Assembly: GCA_001724265.1 (NCBI GenBank)
Contig: MEDY01000008.1
Location: forward strand, 1 to 64,000
Direction: 5' to 3'
Length of the DNA: 64,000 nt
DNA from: Rhizaria sp. SCN 62-66
Lineage: Eukaryota
Position numbers and translations under genes: made by a program. The notes beneath the pieces are model-generated. The model ran no database searches, was not told the DNA's origin, and saw nothing but the letters and a program-made list of their open reading frames with translations. The stretch's first letter is position 1; every line of letters begins with the position of its first letter. Below, one piece after another: positions 1 through 11,997 of the stretch.

Positions 1-393
1 AATTGAAATGTTGTGCACGAACTAAAACCCAGTTTTACGACATATCCATCAAGATTTCGTCAATAACAGCAAACGGCCCAATTCGCGACCCCCGTGTCAC
101 AGTCGTCCCTGCGCTTGCTTGCTCACGGTCATATCGATATTTGTTGTGCATGATGTCAACATACTTTCCACATAAACATATCGTCATTCATGTCGCATCT
201 TTTATATACGGAGATATTAAACTGTTTTAAACTCCGTCATATTTTGGAATTTGCTCCAAGATCTTGCTTCGCGGCACATCAACATCTTGTGTGCATGTAA
301 TCCCACCGTCTTGATCTTCCACCTCGCCCCACCCCGCCTCACACATCTCATATGCCTTCACATGGTTTGCATTGCTACTCTTCGCCGACGCAG

Positions 394-636
394 ATGCGAT
401 CTCTGATAAAGGTCCTTTTGTGTGCTGTGCTCTTTGCACTCGCGCTGAGCACCGCTCTTGCCCAGCGCAGCCACGTCGGCCACGGCCACTGGGGCCACGG
501 CCATGGTCACGGCCACTGGGGCCACCACGGCCACGGCCACGGCCACTGGGGCCACCACGGCCACGGCCACGGCCACGGCCACTGGGGCCACCACGGCCAC
601 GGCCACGGCCACGGCCACTGGGGCCATCACCATTAA
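394..636 (+). CDS. Secreted Gly/His/Trp-rich repeat peptide (80 aa)
   Basis: ATG at 394 directly follows an acceptor-like CAG. Signal peptide MRSLIKVLLCAVLFALALSTALA, then (GH)n-WGHH repeats. Ends in TAA. A paralog starts at 1199. Confidence 0.85.
   Translation: MRSLIKVLLCAVLFALALSTALAQRSHVGHGHWGHGHGHGHWGHHGHGHGHWGHHGHGHGHGHWGHHGHGHGHGHWGHHH
478..633 (+). repeat. Coding tandem repeat of GGCCAC units with GGCCACTGGGGCCACCAC variants
   Basis: Directly visible hexamer-based array encoding Gly-His/Trp repeats. Confidence 0.9.
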
Positions 637-1198
637 AGTGTTTGCTGAGTAGCTCACACATGTGCAGATTTTGTATTCTGGGATGACAGCGTTGACAATA
701 CAGATGAATACCGATTGCTGATCTCTTACAGCTTCATACCCATTACATTGTACATGTACATGTATATCAGAACAGGTCTAAGTCTTTGCCACGTATTTTT
801 CACGGTGAAATGAGACAAAAACTCGAGATTGCACTTAAAACGAGGAAGTTTCGCCCAGCGGCATGTCGCGAAATTGTTTTTCAAGTAGAAACTGATGCTC
901 AGTTCCCGTAACCTTGCTGCTTTGATCTTTGTTATCACGACTATAAACAACTTAAATTCAACTAAATAGCTCCCGCTGAGGCACTCCATTATCGATGCCT
1001 CGAATTATTGCGGAGATTTCTATAATTTTTCTTTTTCATCTTTGCGCCAAGATCTTGTTTGGCGATACCTATACGCAAGTCTGTTTCACGCTCATCCCAC
1101 TCTTTTTCACCCCCTCACGTCATACGCGGATGTGTTACTCTCGCTTGTAACACATTACACGCTCACTTTGAATGCACTGCATACGATTTCCAACGCAG

Positions 1199-1627
1199 AT
1201 GCGATCTCTGATCCATGTCCTTTTGGGTGTTGTGCTCTTTGCACTCGCGCTGAGCACCGCTCTTGCCCAGCGGCACGGCGGCGGCGGCCACTGGGGAGGT
1301 GGCGGCGGCCACTGGGGAGGTGGCGGCGGCCACTGGGGTGGCGGCAGAGGCCACTGGGGCGGCGGGGGTTATCCCCGCTCCTGGGGCTCATGGGGCGGTT
1401 ACCCATCTTACTCGACTTATCCTTACGGCGGTTACCCTTCTTACGGCGGATATCCGTATGGGGGCTGGGGCGGCTGGGGCCATGGCGGCTGGGGTGGCCA
1501 TGGCGGTTGGGGTGGCCATGGCGGCTGGGGTGGCCATGGCGGCTGGGGCCACGGCGGCGGCAGCGGCCACGGCGGCGGCCACGGCGGCGGTGGCCATGGC
1601 GGCGGTGGCGGTGGCGGTCACCATTAA
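1199..1627 (+). CDS. Secreted Gly/His/Trp/Tyr-rich repeat protein (142 aa), tandem paralog of 394-636
   Basis: Near-identical signal peptide MRSLIHVLLGVVLFALALSTALA. GGGGGHW, YGGYP and GGHGGW repeats. Ends in TAA. The 3' flank (gtgtttgctga.tagctcacacatgtgcagattt) is shared with the first copy. Confidence 0.85.
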   Translation: MRSLIHVLLGVVLFALALSTALAQRHGGGGHWGGGGGHWGGGGGHWGGGRGHWGGGGYPRSWGSWGGYPSYSTYPYGGYPSYGGYPYGGWGGWGHGGWGGHGGWGGHGGWGGHGGWGHGGGSGHGGGHGGGGHGGGGGGGHH

Positions 1628-2271
1628 CGTGTTTGCTGACTAGCTCACACATGTGCAGATTTGTGTGACAAAGGTATTCTGAGATGATAGCGTTGATAAT
1701 ACAGATGAATACTGATTGACGATATTTTAACTTGCACAATAGGCGTCACGTCAATCACTTTCATTTATAATACGTATTCACACTTTGAATCAGACGAGCA
1801 CCGTATGAGAGCTTCACATGTTGCTTACACTCAATGTATTATCTCCAACGAGTAACCACGAAGACGCATGAAGACTTCGTGGAAACAATGAAAAAAGGAA
1901 CAAACCTCATTCAGGAGTTGGGTTGATGCTAGTCGACTAAAATAAACACACATGTCTTAAAATAACTTAGACTGGCCCGGATTAGCGCACACAGCAGAGC
2001 TTTGCTGCTCACAGTCACGTTGGTTACTATCCGCAGTCGCTTCGCCATCCAGAGTTATTCAAGCACAAAACGCGCTCTAGCACGAGTCCAAGATTTAAAT
2101 ATTATGTAAAAAAGCTAGACTAACAGTTTGACAAAATGATCAAACGTAATACACAGGTTTTTTGTGCATTTGATAATGCTCGAACAATATCAAGTTCCTC
2201 CCTCAGCTCCGAGACAAGCCTCGACTAAACCAGGTAATATCACCGGGCCGAGTCCTGACTCGCAAAAGCGT

Positions 2272-3879
2272 TCAGGGCGCCATACGGTCAAGCACAACGC
2301 CATCGTCGTCGTCGTCTTCCCCGAGCCCCGTGGCCGCGACGAACCCCGTCGCACTACCGGCGCCGCCGGCGCCGCTGCCGCCGCTGCGGGCGCCGCGCTG
2401 GCCGCTCGCGGAGCGGTGCTGCTGAAGATGCGACGGCTTGCCCAGGACGACGTAGCGCGGGCCGCCGCTGCCGCTGCCGGGCGCAGGCGTCAGCGCGTAG
2501 GCGACCCACGCGGGCAGCCCCGCAGCCGTGGCGCCCGCGGCGGCGGCGAGCCTGAGCTTGGCGACGAGCCCGCCCTCGGCGTCGGCGTCGGCGTCGGCCT
2601 CCGCGGCGGCCGCGGCGGCGGCCTCGGGGTCGGCGCCCGCGGTGACGGCGGCGGCGAAGGCGGCCTGCGAGCCCAGGCAGCCGACGCGGCGTCCCCACGC
2701 GAGCAGCAGCAGGGCGCCGAGCGCGTCGGCCGCATAGTGATACCGCAGCGTAAGCGTGGCCGTGGTGATGCACACCGCGGCCGCCAGCGACAGCGGCGCA
2801 AGGCGCTTAAGCCCCAGGCGGCGCGCGGCGAGCGCGGTGAGCCAGGACAGTCCGCAGTGGCCCGAGGGGAAGGCTGAGAAGGACCGCGCGGCAGCCTTGG
2901 TCACGGCGCCGCGGAGAATGTCGCCCAAAAAGAGGCACTTGACGGGGTTGACGTAGGCATCGGCGAGGTAGATGCGCGGCGACACGGCCGGCATGACGAG
3001 GTTGAGCAGGAAGTTGAAGTGGAAAGTCGACACGAGTGCGGCGACCGTGAGCGCGAGCCGGTGCCACGCCAGCGTCGGCGCGTCCAGCTGCAGCGGCAGC
3101 GGGGGCGCCAGCGTAGACAGCGACGAGGGCGAGGCCAGACCTGCGACGGGGGAGTTGACGACCGAGCCGTCGCTGAGCGCGTAGGGGGAGGCATCGACGA
3201 GGGCTGCGCTGTCGGCGTGGGCAGCGGCGACGGCGGCGGCGGAGGACGCGGCGGCCGCGGGGGAGGTGGCAGCGCTGTAGTAACGGTACAGCAGGTATAT
3301 CATAAGGCCGTTGCCCCAAAGGTAGTAGGACACGTAGAGAACCTGGAGAAGCTCGCTGGCGACGCGGCCGAAGAAGGTGGTGACGCCGATGACTGGGTTG
3401 GTGTCGAGCCAGAGGGAAAACTGACCGCGCGGGAAAAACGAACCGAGAAACGCTTCGTCAACAGCGATGAGCATCTCGTCAAACAGCATCGCGTTGCCCA
3501 GCTTGTCGTAGCGCGCGCGCGCAGCGATGTTGGAGCCCTCGAAGAAGACGGGGACGGACAGCGCGAGCAGCAGGATGTGCAGGCAGCGGTGCAGCGGCGA
3601 CACCGCGGCGGCCGCGGCCGTGCGCGCCTTGGCCGGGTCCGCGCACAGGCTCGCGGCGGAGCTGCGGAGGAGGAAGGCACCTGAGACGGTGAGCGCGACG
3701 GCCCACACGGTGGCGATGGGGGCGCCGAAGAGGCCGAGAAAGCCGACGGGGTTGAGGACACAGATGCACGCAGCGAGAACGAGCGCGAAAATCGTCGCGA
3801 AACCAAGCCTCTGCAAAGGAACGTCTTCTGGGGCATCGGAATGCCAAAGCGCAAGCGCGCCAGATGCTGCCCAGTGCAT
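2272..3879 (-). CDS. PAP2-superfamily membrane phosphotransferase, AUR1/IPC-synthase-like
   Basis: Multiple hydrophobic helices, plus motifs PAVSPR, AFPSGH and RYHYAAD typical of AUR1/PAP2_3 enzymes. Ends in TGA. Confidence 0.8.
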   Translation of the reverse strand: MHWAASGALALWHSDAPEDVPLQRLGFATIFALVLAACICVLNPVGFLGLFGAPIATVWAVALTVSGAFLLRSSAASLCADPAKARTAAAAAVSPLHRCLHILLLALSVPVFFEGSNIAARARYDKLGNAMLFDEMLIAVDEAFLGSFFPRGQFSLWLDTNPVIGVTTFFGRVASELLQVLYVSYYLWGNGLMIYLLYRYYSAATSPAAAASSAAAVAAAHADSAALVDASPYALSDGSVVNSPVAGLASPSSLSTLAPPLPLQLDAPTLAWHRLALTVAALVSTFHFNFLLNLVMPAVSPRIYLADAYVNPVKCLFLGDILRGAVTKAAARSFSAFPSGHCGLSWLTALAARRLGLKRLAPLSLAAAVCITTATLTLRYHYAADALGALLLLAWGRRVGCLGSQAAFAAAVTAGADPEAAAAAAAEADADADAEGGLVAKLRLAAAAGATAAGLPAWVAYALTPAPGSGSGGPRYVVLGKPSHLQQHRSASGQRGARSGGSGAGGAGSATGFVAATGLGEDDDDDGVVLDRMAP

Positions 3880-4502
3880 TTCCAGAGGAAAGGGCGCCGC
3901 AGCAGGCTACGGAGAAGATGAACATGGCGGAGAATGGTCGGGTGAATATGGGTTATCGTCGGAGAGTGATAGGACATAGTGCATGAGGTTTTCAAGGTTT
4001 TCTATATTAAATAAAAGTAGTTACATAGATATTCATTGTATAAACATGAGTATTTTAACATTGAACGACCTAAAGAAGTATATTTTGATGTTCTTAAATT
4101 GGCTACGCATCCTTGATCGATTGGGCTGGCTGACCACGATCGCAAGCTGAGAGGTATCCGTTGGAGAAAACTACAATCTCAAAGTGGCTATTGTGACATA
4201 GTTTGATCGTCAAGCATCAAGCCACTCCACTTTATGAAATTAAACTACAAGTAGGCACTTAATTTCTTAGTAATTTGTCTCCTGAAGTCTATGAATGCTC
4301 CTAACACGACAGTTCTCACACTGCTGGCAGGACATTGTTCAACTTTGTTTCACGATATGCCCTCCGATGTAATGCAAGTATTCTTACGATTCATGATGTT
4401 ATTATGTTATGCGTATACCTCAACATTGTGGAAACCAACTGTTATCTTAGTCCCTCTTTGTTTAGTCGTTGAACATCCAACTGGAAGCGCTTATCTGCGA
4501 GA

Positions 4503-7500
4503 ATGAGTAACACTCTCTCCCAGAGTGGCGAGCGCCGTTCATGGCTGTCGTACTCGGCCGGTGGTGCACCCAGCGTGCCTCCGATTGACCTTTCCCGCGT
4601 GCCAGACTACAACGGCTTATTAAAGGTGGCTCGGCCCGTCGCACATCAGCAGATCCAGCAGCGCCCTTTATAGCAACAACAACATTAGCCCGCTTCGTTC
4701 CTACAGCACCAGCAACATCAGCCTTCGAGTCAGCTGCAGCAGCCTCAACCCGCGCAGCCGCATTGCGAGTCGCCGTGGCAACAGCAGCTGTCGGCCAATC
4801 TTTCTCTGATGGGCCTTGCGCCGAACGCACAGCAGCAACGCCAACACCACCACCAACAGCAACATCAACAGCAACAGTTTGCACAGAATCAGCACGGCCC
4901 ACACCCTGCTCCTAGCGCCACCGTCGCTGTGTCCCAATTACAGCCTTCCCAGCCTGCGCCCTTACAGCGTGTGCTAGCGCAGCCGATGCCCTCACGGCCT
5001 GTTGCTGCCCCAGCACCGCCTGCGCCGCCTCAGCCGCAGTCGAAGTGGCACGCTCACTCGCTCGCCTTCGCACCGTCTACACTGCCCCAGCTGCCGATGC
5101 CTTCGGATCACGGCAACAACGGCATTGACAATGGATTTGCGGACGGTTATAACCACGGGTACACTGCTTTTGCAAGAAATAACAATAACAACAACAGCAA
5201 CAACTATCCTATCACTAGCGGTTATGGCGGTAACGGCGGCGGCCCCGTTGGCGGCAGCGGCAGTGCGCTGTGGGGCCGCAGTAACCGGCTTGGCGTTGAC
5301 GACGAGCTGGAGCTGGCGGGGCCGCCGTCGCCGCCGCCGGCGTCCGAGGCGCTGCCGCCGCGCAGCGGGATCTGGTCGAAGCTTAACATCCCCTCTGGGG
5401 CCGAGCTGCGTGCGCAGATGCAGCAGCAACAGCAGTATCAGCAGTACCCGCAGCAGCAACAGCATCAGCAGTTGCAACAGCATTAGCAGTTGGGCCGAGA
5501 GAGAGGCATGAATGCTCTAACCGAGTCCGCCGTCGCCTCAGCTCGCAACTGGCCCGCTGAGCCTGTTGTGAACAACAATTCTACGAGCAGCCCCAATCCC
5601 AATAACAACTACCACAGGCGGGGCTCGTTCGGCAGCCACACTAACGCCACGTACAGCAGCGGTGCACCCGTGCCCGCGCGTTCCTCCGCGACTGTGGGCA
5701 CCAACACGAGCGACAGCGCGCTGGCGGCCGGCATGTTCGCGGACCACCGTCGCGCCGCCGCCGCCGCGCTCGCCGCCATCCAGCCCGGCGCGCCCCTCGC
5801 GCGGCCGCTGCCGGGGCCCGCGCGCGCCGTGCTGCCCGACGAGGTTGAGAGCGCGGCGTCGCGGCGCCGGCAGCAGGAGATGCTGACGAACCTGCTCACG
5901 GTCATGGGCGCCGCAGAGCACCCCGCAGCAGCCGAGCTCGCGGCGCTGGCCGAGCGCAGCAACGCGGCCGCGGCCGAGGCGGAGGCCGCTGTGGTGACCG
6001 CACGCGAGGCCAACAACGCGCGCGAGGGATACGGTGCACGGAAAGAATTTGGCGGCCACAACAGCAACTTTGACAACAGTAGTGGCGGCTCGTACAATGT
6101 CCGGCTCGGACTGGCCCCGCACGGCCCCGGGGCCGGCGGCGCTGCTGGCGGTGGCGGGAGCGAGAGTGCGAGGCGTCGGCTGGAGCTGCTGGAGGTGCGC
6201 GAGATGGCTCCTCCGCCGTCGGTGCTGTTACACTCATCACAGGTACGATTATCATTGCAGTGTCACACATGGACGACAAATCAGTAATTATCGTTCCGCG
6301 CTGAATTTTGATGGTTTAGTCACATACTCATTACTATTATTTTATTGATAATGCTTTCTGTTTAGGGGAGTCTCCCGTTGTTGACTCATCCCAGCGCGCT
6401 TGAACCTCTCGATGCAGAACTGCGCCGTCGCGCTGAGCAAAAGGTACGCTCCAACTTCAACAAACGCTTTGATTTCCTGACGTGAATTATCATTTAACAT
6501 GACAATCTTCTTACCTGACATTGTGTGTCGATATCTAAACATGATTTCTTTCCATCTTGCTCCGTCACAGCTCGCCGTCGCTGCGGCGAAGGAGGAACTG
6601 GCGACGCTGTCCGACTCGCTCTCACGCCTCAGCGTTACCGCCGCGGCCATGCGCGTGGACGCAGCTGCGGGCGCCGAGACGCTTTCCGCCGCCGCGGCTG
6701 CCGCGCGCGAGGACGCCCGCCGGCGCGCGCTGGCGAAGCTGTACCTGCTTGCGGCCGAAGCGGAGCAGGAGCGTGGCCACGCGGGGCGGCTGGGCACGGT
6801 GCTGGCCGCGCTGGGCGACGCCGTGCAGGGCCGCGAGCTGGGCAACGCTGTGGACGACGCGCTGGAGCGCGCGCGGCGCGAGCGCGTGGCCGAGGCTGCG
6901 GCGGAGGCACAGGAGGTGTCGGTCGCGGTTAAGGCTGTGGAGGAGGCCAACAAGGCGCGGCGCGCGCTCGAGGCGCAGCAGCAGGAGCTTAAGCACGAGG
7001 AGCAGGTCAAAGACGGCAGGCTCGACGCTCTGCAGGGACAGCTGGAGGTGCTGCAGCAGCAGTTGCAGCAACAGCACGAGCTGCAGCAGCAGCAGCTGGA
7101 GCTGCGGGCCCAACAGTTGCAGCGAAGACAGCAGCAGCATTAGCAGCAGCAGCAGCAGCAGCAGCGTCAGTCGCCGGAGCAGCGCCCACAGACTCCCCCC
7201 GGTGCGCGCTCGCCGTTCCGTCGCGTCGCCGCGCAGTCACCCTACGCTGCCGCCGCCGCGGTCGCCGCCGCCGCAGCCTCCAAGACCGAGGCCGCGGCTG
7301 CCGCGCGCTCTCTCTCACAGGCGCAGTCCCCCGGCCGCCCCGGCACCGCAGACTCCGCTGCGCGCGGCGGCCCGGGCGCGGCGACGCGCGCGCAGTCGCC
7401 TGCCTTTCGCCCCGCGAGCAAGGGGCGCAACGCGGCCTGGGCGCCCGGTCCGCCCGCGCCGCTGCCCGGCGCCAGCGCGTCAACTGCGACGGGGGGCGTC

Positions 7501-8862
7501 GGCCGCAGCCGCACACGCATGGGCCCTGACGGCGCGCCTCTGACAGCGGCCGAGGCGCTGCGCGTGGCGTCGCCGTCGGCCTACGTCCGGGCCCGCCCTG
7601 CTACCGCTGGTGCAACCGCGAGCGCTGGCGCAACCGCGAGCGCTGTAGCCGGCGGTGCGGGCGCAGCGCAGAAGCGGCGCGGTGCCGCGGAGAGCGCCGA
7701 GCTCGACCTGATGCCGTGCTATCGCCACGCGCGGCGCAAGGCGCAGGAACAACGGCGAGAGGAGGTGCAGCGCGAGCTGCGACAGGAGCGCAACAAGCGC
7801 GCGTGGCTGCAGCAGCTTGAGCAACGCATGATCGCCAAGGCCGAGAAGAACGGCCACGCGTACGGCCACGACGACGCTGACGCTCACAGCCACGCCGCTC
7901 ACAGTCACAATTACAACCACGGCCGCGGCCACGGTCACGGGTCTGTTCAGGGCAAGACGCCGTACGGCGGTGACGAGTCAGTGTATGCGGCGTATCTGCA
8001 GCGCGCGCGGGCTGAGAATGACGCTTTACAAACGCAACAGCAACAGTACCAATTCCAACATCAACAGCAGCAGCCGCAGCCGCAGTGGCCCCAGTACGGC
8101 TCGCCCGCGCGTCCCTTGCTTCCCGGTCATGGCGTCCCCACTGCAAGTCATAGCGGACCTCCTAGCCGTGTTTCAGGACTCGGCGCGCTTGACGCCAGCT
8201 TTAGCATGCTCCAAAACAGCGTTGCTAATGGTACTGCGGTGGCTCAGGGCTCCGGTCCGGGCACCGGGCCTAGCAGTGCTGAGAAAGACGAGACGATGCG
8301 CATACTCCACAGCATGTTCATGCCCCGCTCTCCACTGCGCGACGCCTCTTGGGCCGCGGCGCCTGCACAGGCGATGCGCAATAACGGTGTAGCAATGAGC
8401 GCACCAGCGAACAACGCTGCCGATGACGAGGAGTACGCTGACGACTTTGACGGGTTCTCTGCCAACTCCATGAACGACACGAACAACAGAACTAACGCCA
8501 ACCCCGTGACAGCTGCCGCTGCGTCCCCTGGACCGCGCGCCCCCATTGCGCAGCACGCGTATGGCGCCCCTACAGTTGCCCCGCGCAGCGCGTCGCCGGC
8601 CGCATACGTCGGTTCCGGCAACGACAGCAGCGTGAGCATTTCCGTCGCATCCGACGCCGCGGGCGCCGGCGCGTCCCCGCTTCGCTTCGGCGTGCCAGCA
8701 GGCGGGAGCGCTGGCACGGGAGCGGGCTCACTGGCTGTTGCGTCGGCGGGCGCGTGGCACGGGCTCGACGATGCGGGCGTGTACCGTGACGGCGACTTAA
8801 TGGGCGTGGGCCCAGCGCCGAAGAACCCTTGGTACGGCGTCGGCGTTGTGCCTTCGGGATAA
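4503..8862 (+). CDS. Uncharacterised Gln/Ala-rich coiled-coil protein (~1369 aa); exons 4503-6242, 6366-6443, 6571-8862; in-frame TAG at 4671, 4686, 5484, 7141
   Basis: ORF-track pieces 4809, 5490, 6499 and 7519 join into one frame through TAG codons in Gln runs and two phase-0 GT-AG introns (6243-6365, 6444-6570). Ends in TAA. Confidence 0.75.
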
Positions 8863-9106
8863 TCGAGTGGATCCTGGGTTACATTTAATTTTCATTAACG
8901 AAAAAAAAGAAGAAAGAAGCAATACAGACCTTTAATTCAGTATCACAAACATGGCAATGAATCAACATACAACAATAATCAAACAGGGTTTGTATTTATA
9001 CCACTTTGATAGGAAAACACATAATAACAACTATGACAAGCGACAGACAGACATTTATAGGTAAAGAGCGAGGGAGAGACTGTAACAAGCGTGGCATTGC
9101 AGGCGC

Positions 9107-11379
9107 TTACTTGCGGCTCATGTCGGCAAAAACGGAGAGGTCCTCGCCGTCGTCGACGCCGGGCCCGTGGCCGAAGTGGCCCCGGTACATGAGCTCGGCG
9201 TCAGCGCCGTCGAATCCGTCACCATCGCCGTTTTCGCCAAAGGCGGTGCTGCCAGAAAAGTCGCTCTGTCCGACGCCCGCGCCCAGCCCGGCCGCCGTGG
9301 CCGCCGCGGTCCGGCGCGCTGCGCCGTAGCTGCCGGCGCCCATTGCGCGCGCCAGGAGCGAGTCGCTGAAACCAACCTCGCCGCCTGCCGCGCCGCCCGC
9401 CGTCGCCGCGGCCGCGGCGGCCGCCGCGAGCTCGTTGGCGCGCATGGCCTTCATGGCGTCACACAGGTGCGTGAGCTTGACGAAGTCCTCGAAGGTCACG
9501 ACCTCGTGCGCGGGCTTGCCGCGGTCGCCCATGAGCACGGCGCATTCCTCGGCCGTGACGCTGAAGCCCACCTCGCGCAGCATCGCCGGCACCTCGCTCG
9601 GCGGCACGCCCTTGGGCGCGCGCAGGGCCGGCGCGGGCGCCAGTGCGTGCGGCCGCGCGGCCTCGGCGGCCCGCACGCGTGCCTGTTGGTCGAAGAAGGC
9701 GTAGATGCGCCGCAGGTCGTCGAGCCCGGCCGAGGAGAAGAGCTCGGCCAAGTCCACGAAGGGCATGTTGCGCGCCGCGCGCCGGCGGTCCTGGATCGCC
9801 GCGATCTCATTGGCCAGCACCACATCTGCGTCAGCCAGCGCCAGCGCGGGCATGGGCCGGAACAGCAGCCGAAAGGCTTGGCGGCGCTGCGAGGACGTAA
9901 GCGTCATGGCGCCCAGTTTGAGCGGCGCCGGCACGGCCGTGTTGGTCGTCAGCTCGGGCTGCGCGGCGACCTGGGCCAGGCGCAGGCGCTCGGCGAAGGG
10001 TACCACGACGCCCGCGGGCAGCTGCACCGCGTTGGCGGCCGCGGAGCCCGACAGCGGGCCCGGTGCAGACACGCCGCCCGCCGCGCCGCGCGCGCTGCCC
10101 CCGTTGCTGTTGGCGCCGCGGCCGCTGTTCTGGCCCTGCGTCCCGGCAGCCTCCGCGGTGACGGGGTTGACGGGCACGTTCATGCCCAGGTCGGCGTCTG
10201 CGCCGTCGTCGCCGGGGGAGAAGAAGTCCGCCGCGGCCATGGACACGCCGCACTTGGGCATATCGCTGACCCACTCGCCGTCGTAGACCTTTTCGCGCGC
10301 GCGGTAGTAGTAGATGCCCTGGCCCTCGCGCTTGCCGTTGAGCCACTCGCCCTCGTACACGTCCTGGTTCGCGCGCACAAGCGTGCCAAAACCGCACTGG
10401 AGGTTCTGGTGCCAATCGCCGGTGAAGACGGAGCCGTTAGCCATGTACAGCGTACCCTTGCCCTGGCGCTGGTTCTGGTGCCACACGCCCTCATAGCGCG
10501 AGCCGTCCGGGTAGTACTGCACGCCCATGCCGTCGCGCTTGCCCTCGCGCCAGTTGCCCGCGTACACCTTGCGCAGCGCCTGCGTTGCCGCCCCCGCGCC
10601 GCCGGGGCCGCCGCCGCGGCCGCCCGCGCCGGCCTTCTTGCCGCCGCCAGCAGTGCCGCCACCGGTCGCAGCCGCGGCCGCGGCGGCCGTTGCGCGCTCC
10701 GAGGCCAGGCGCTGTGCGGCGGCCGAGCCGGCGGCCGGAGCCGTCTTGTCCAGCGCCGCCGATGAAGAGGACGATGACGACGTGGCTGAGGAAAAGGAAG
10801 AGGCGGAAGGGTCCGACTTAACCCAGAGCGTGCCGTGTCCGTCGCGCATGCCGCGCTTCCACTCGCCCTCATAGGTGCCCGTGGCCCAGACCTGGACGCC
10901 AAAGCCGTGCTATTTGTTGTCCAGCCAGTCGCCCTTGTACGTCGTGCCCGTCTCCCACTTGGAGGCGCCGGCGCCCGAGGTCGAGGCGCCCGCGGAGGAA
11001 AGGGCGGACGAGTGACGCATGTCCTGGGGCGCCTTGGCCTTGACCCAGTACACAGTCTGGCAGGTGCCCGCCTTGGAGACCTGCTTGTCGCTCGCGCGCC
11101 AAGGTTTCGCAGCTGCATCAGCCTGACGTTGAGCAACGCGTTGCGGCAGAACTGGGGGGTTGCGGAAAGGCGGGGAGCGAGGGCGAGCAAGGGCGAGTAA
11201 GAGAGGAAGGGGACGTGGTCAGAAGATGAGCACCGAGATGAGTAGTGTACAAGTATGAAGTCATGGCGTGAGTATATAATGTAAACATGTCTGTTAAATA
11301 TGGTCGTACCTGCACGAAGACGGTTTAGCTCTTTGAGGGTCGCATAATGTTCCTCCTCAAGAGGAGTCTTGGAAGACAT
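9107..11379 (-). CDS. MORN3: MORN3-like MORN-repeat protein with C-terminal EF-hand-like region; exons 11379-11310 and 11151-9107; in-frame TAG at 10910-10912
   Basis: Tandem MORN repeats (YxGxWxxxxxxGxG) and a MORN3-like N-terminal segment KPWRASDKQVSKAG. Phase-1 intron 11309-11152 (GTACG...polypyrimidine CAG). Ends in TAA. Confidence 0.8.
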
Positions 11380-11997
11380 TAAGAAACTGAGAGGAGCTTG
11401 CAGCACACCTTATAGAGACGTGTGCCGTTACTTTGGGGAGAATTGGTTTAATAACACACTATTTCCGTGTATTTAAATCTTCTAACCGGGAGGATTTGTT
11501 GTTTTACGGACAGGGCAGCCCACACCAGTGTATTTTAGATCATAGCCGTTTCACTCTTGCACATACCCAGCATTTTTCGGAACCAAATGCAATCATCATC
11601 ATCACTGCTGGCTGGACATCAAAAATGATTTTCATGTCGCATATGTGACAGACAGACAAAAAAACAACAACCGTACATAACTCAAATTATAGGCACGCCT
11701 CTGCTAGAACCTTATTTGTATGCGGGTATTGTTAAATTTAACCCAACAGCTTCGGCTACTGACCTCACACTGTGTATACTTCTAGTCGTGACGAAAGTAT
11801 CGATTGCTTCGTCATGTAAAAATTTAAACATCATAATATCTAATGGAAAGGTAGTGCAGCCCAGTCTTTCTTCTAACTGCGTATATCTAGGAACAGAGAA
11901 ATAATACACAAATGAATAAAACATATGACATGTACAGTACATTAAAGCGACTTAACAGAACGCTGTGACAGCGTCGTCAAACAGGCGCACCGTCCTC

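Noticed and set aside
478-633. CRISPR-like array
   Set aside because: No unique spacers; it is a coding Gly-His repeat in a eukaryotic gene.
1975-2050. tRNA-like start GCCCGGATTAGCGCA
   Set aside because: No T-loop or matching acceptor stem found. I saw no tRNA, including a CUA-anticodon tRNA, in the window by eye.
4659-7164. UAG as pyrrolysine, or A-to-I editing to Trp
   Set aside because: Poly-Gln contexts fit Gln, not Trp or Pyl, and no pyl genes are in the window. U-to-C editing is not formally excluded without RNA data.
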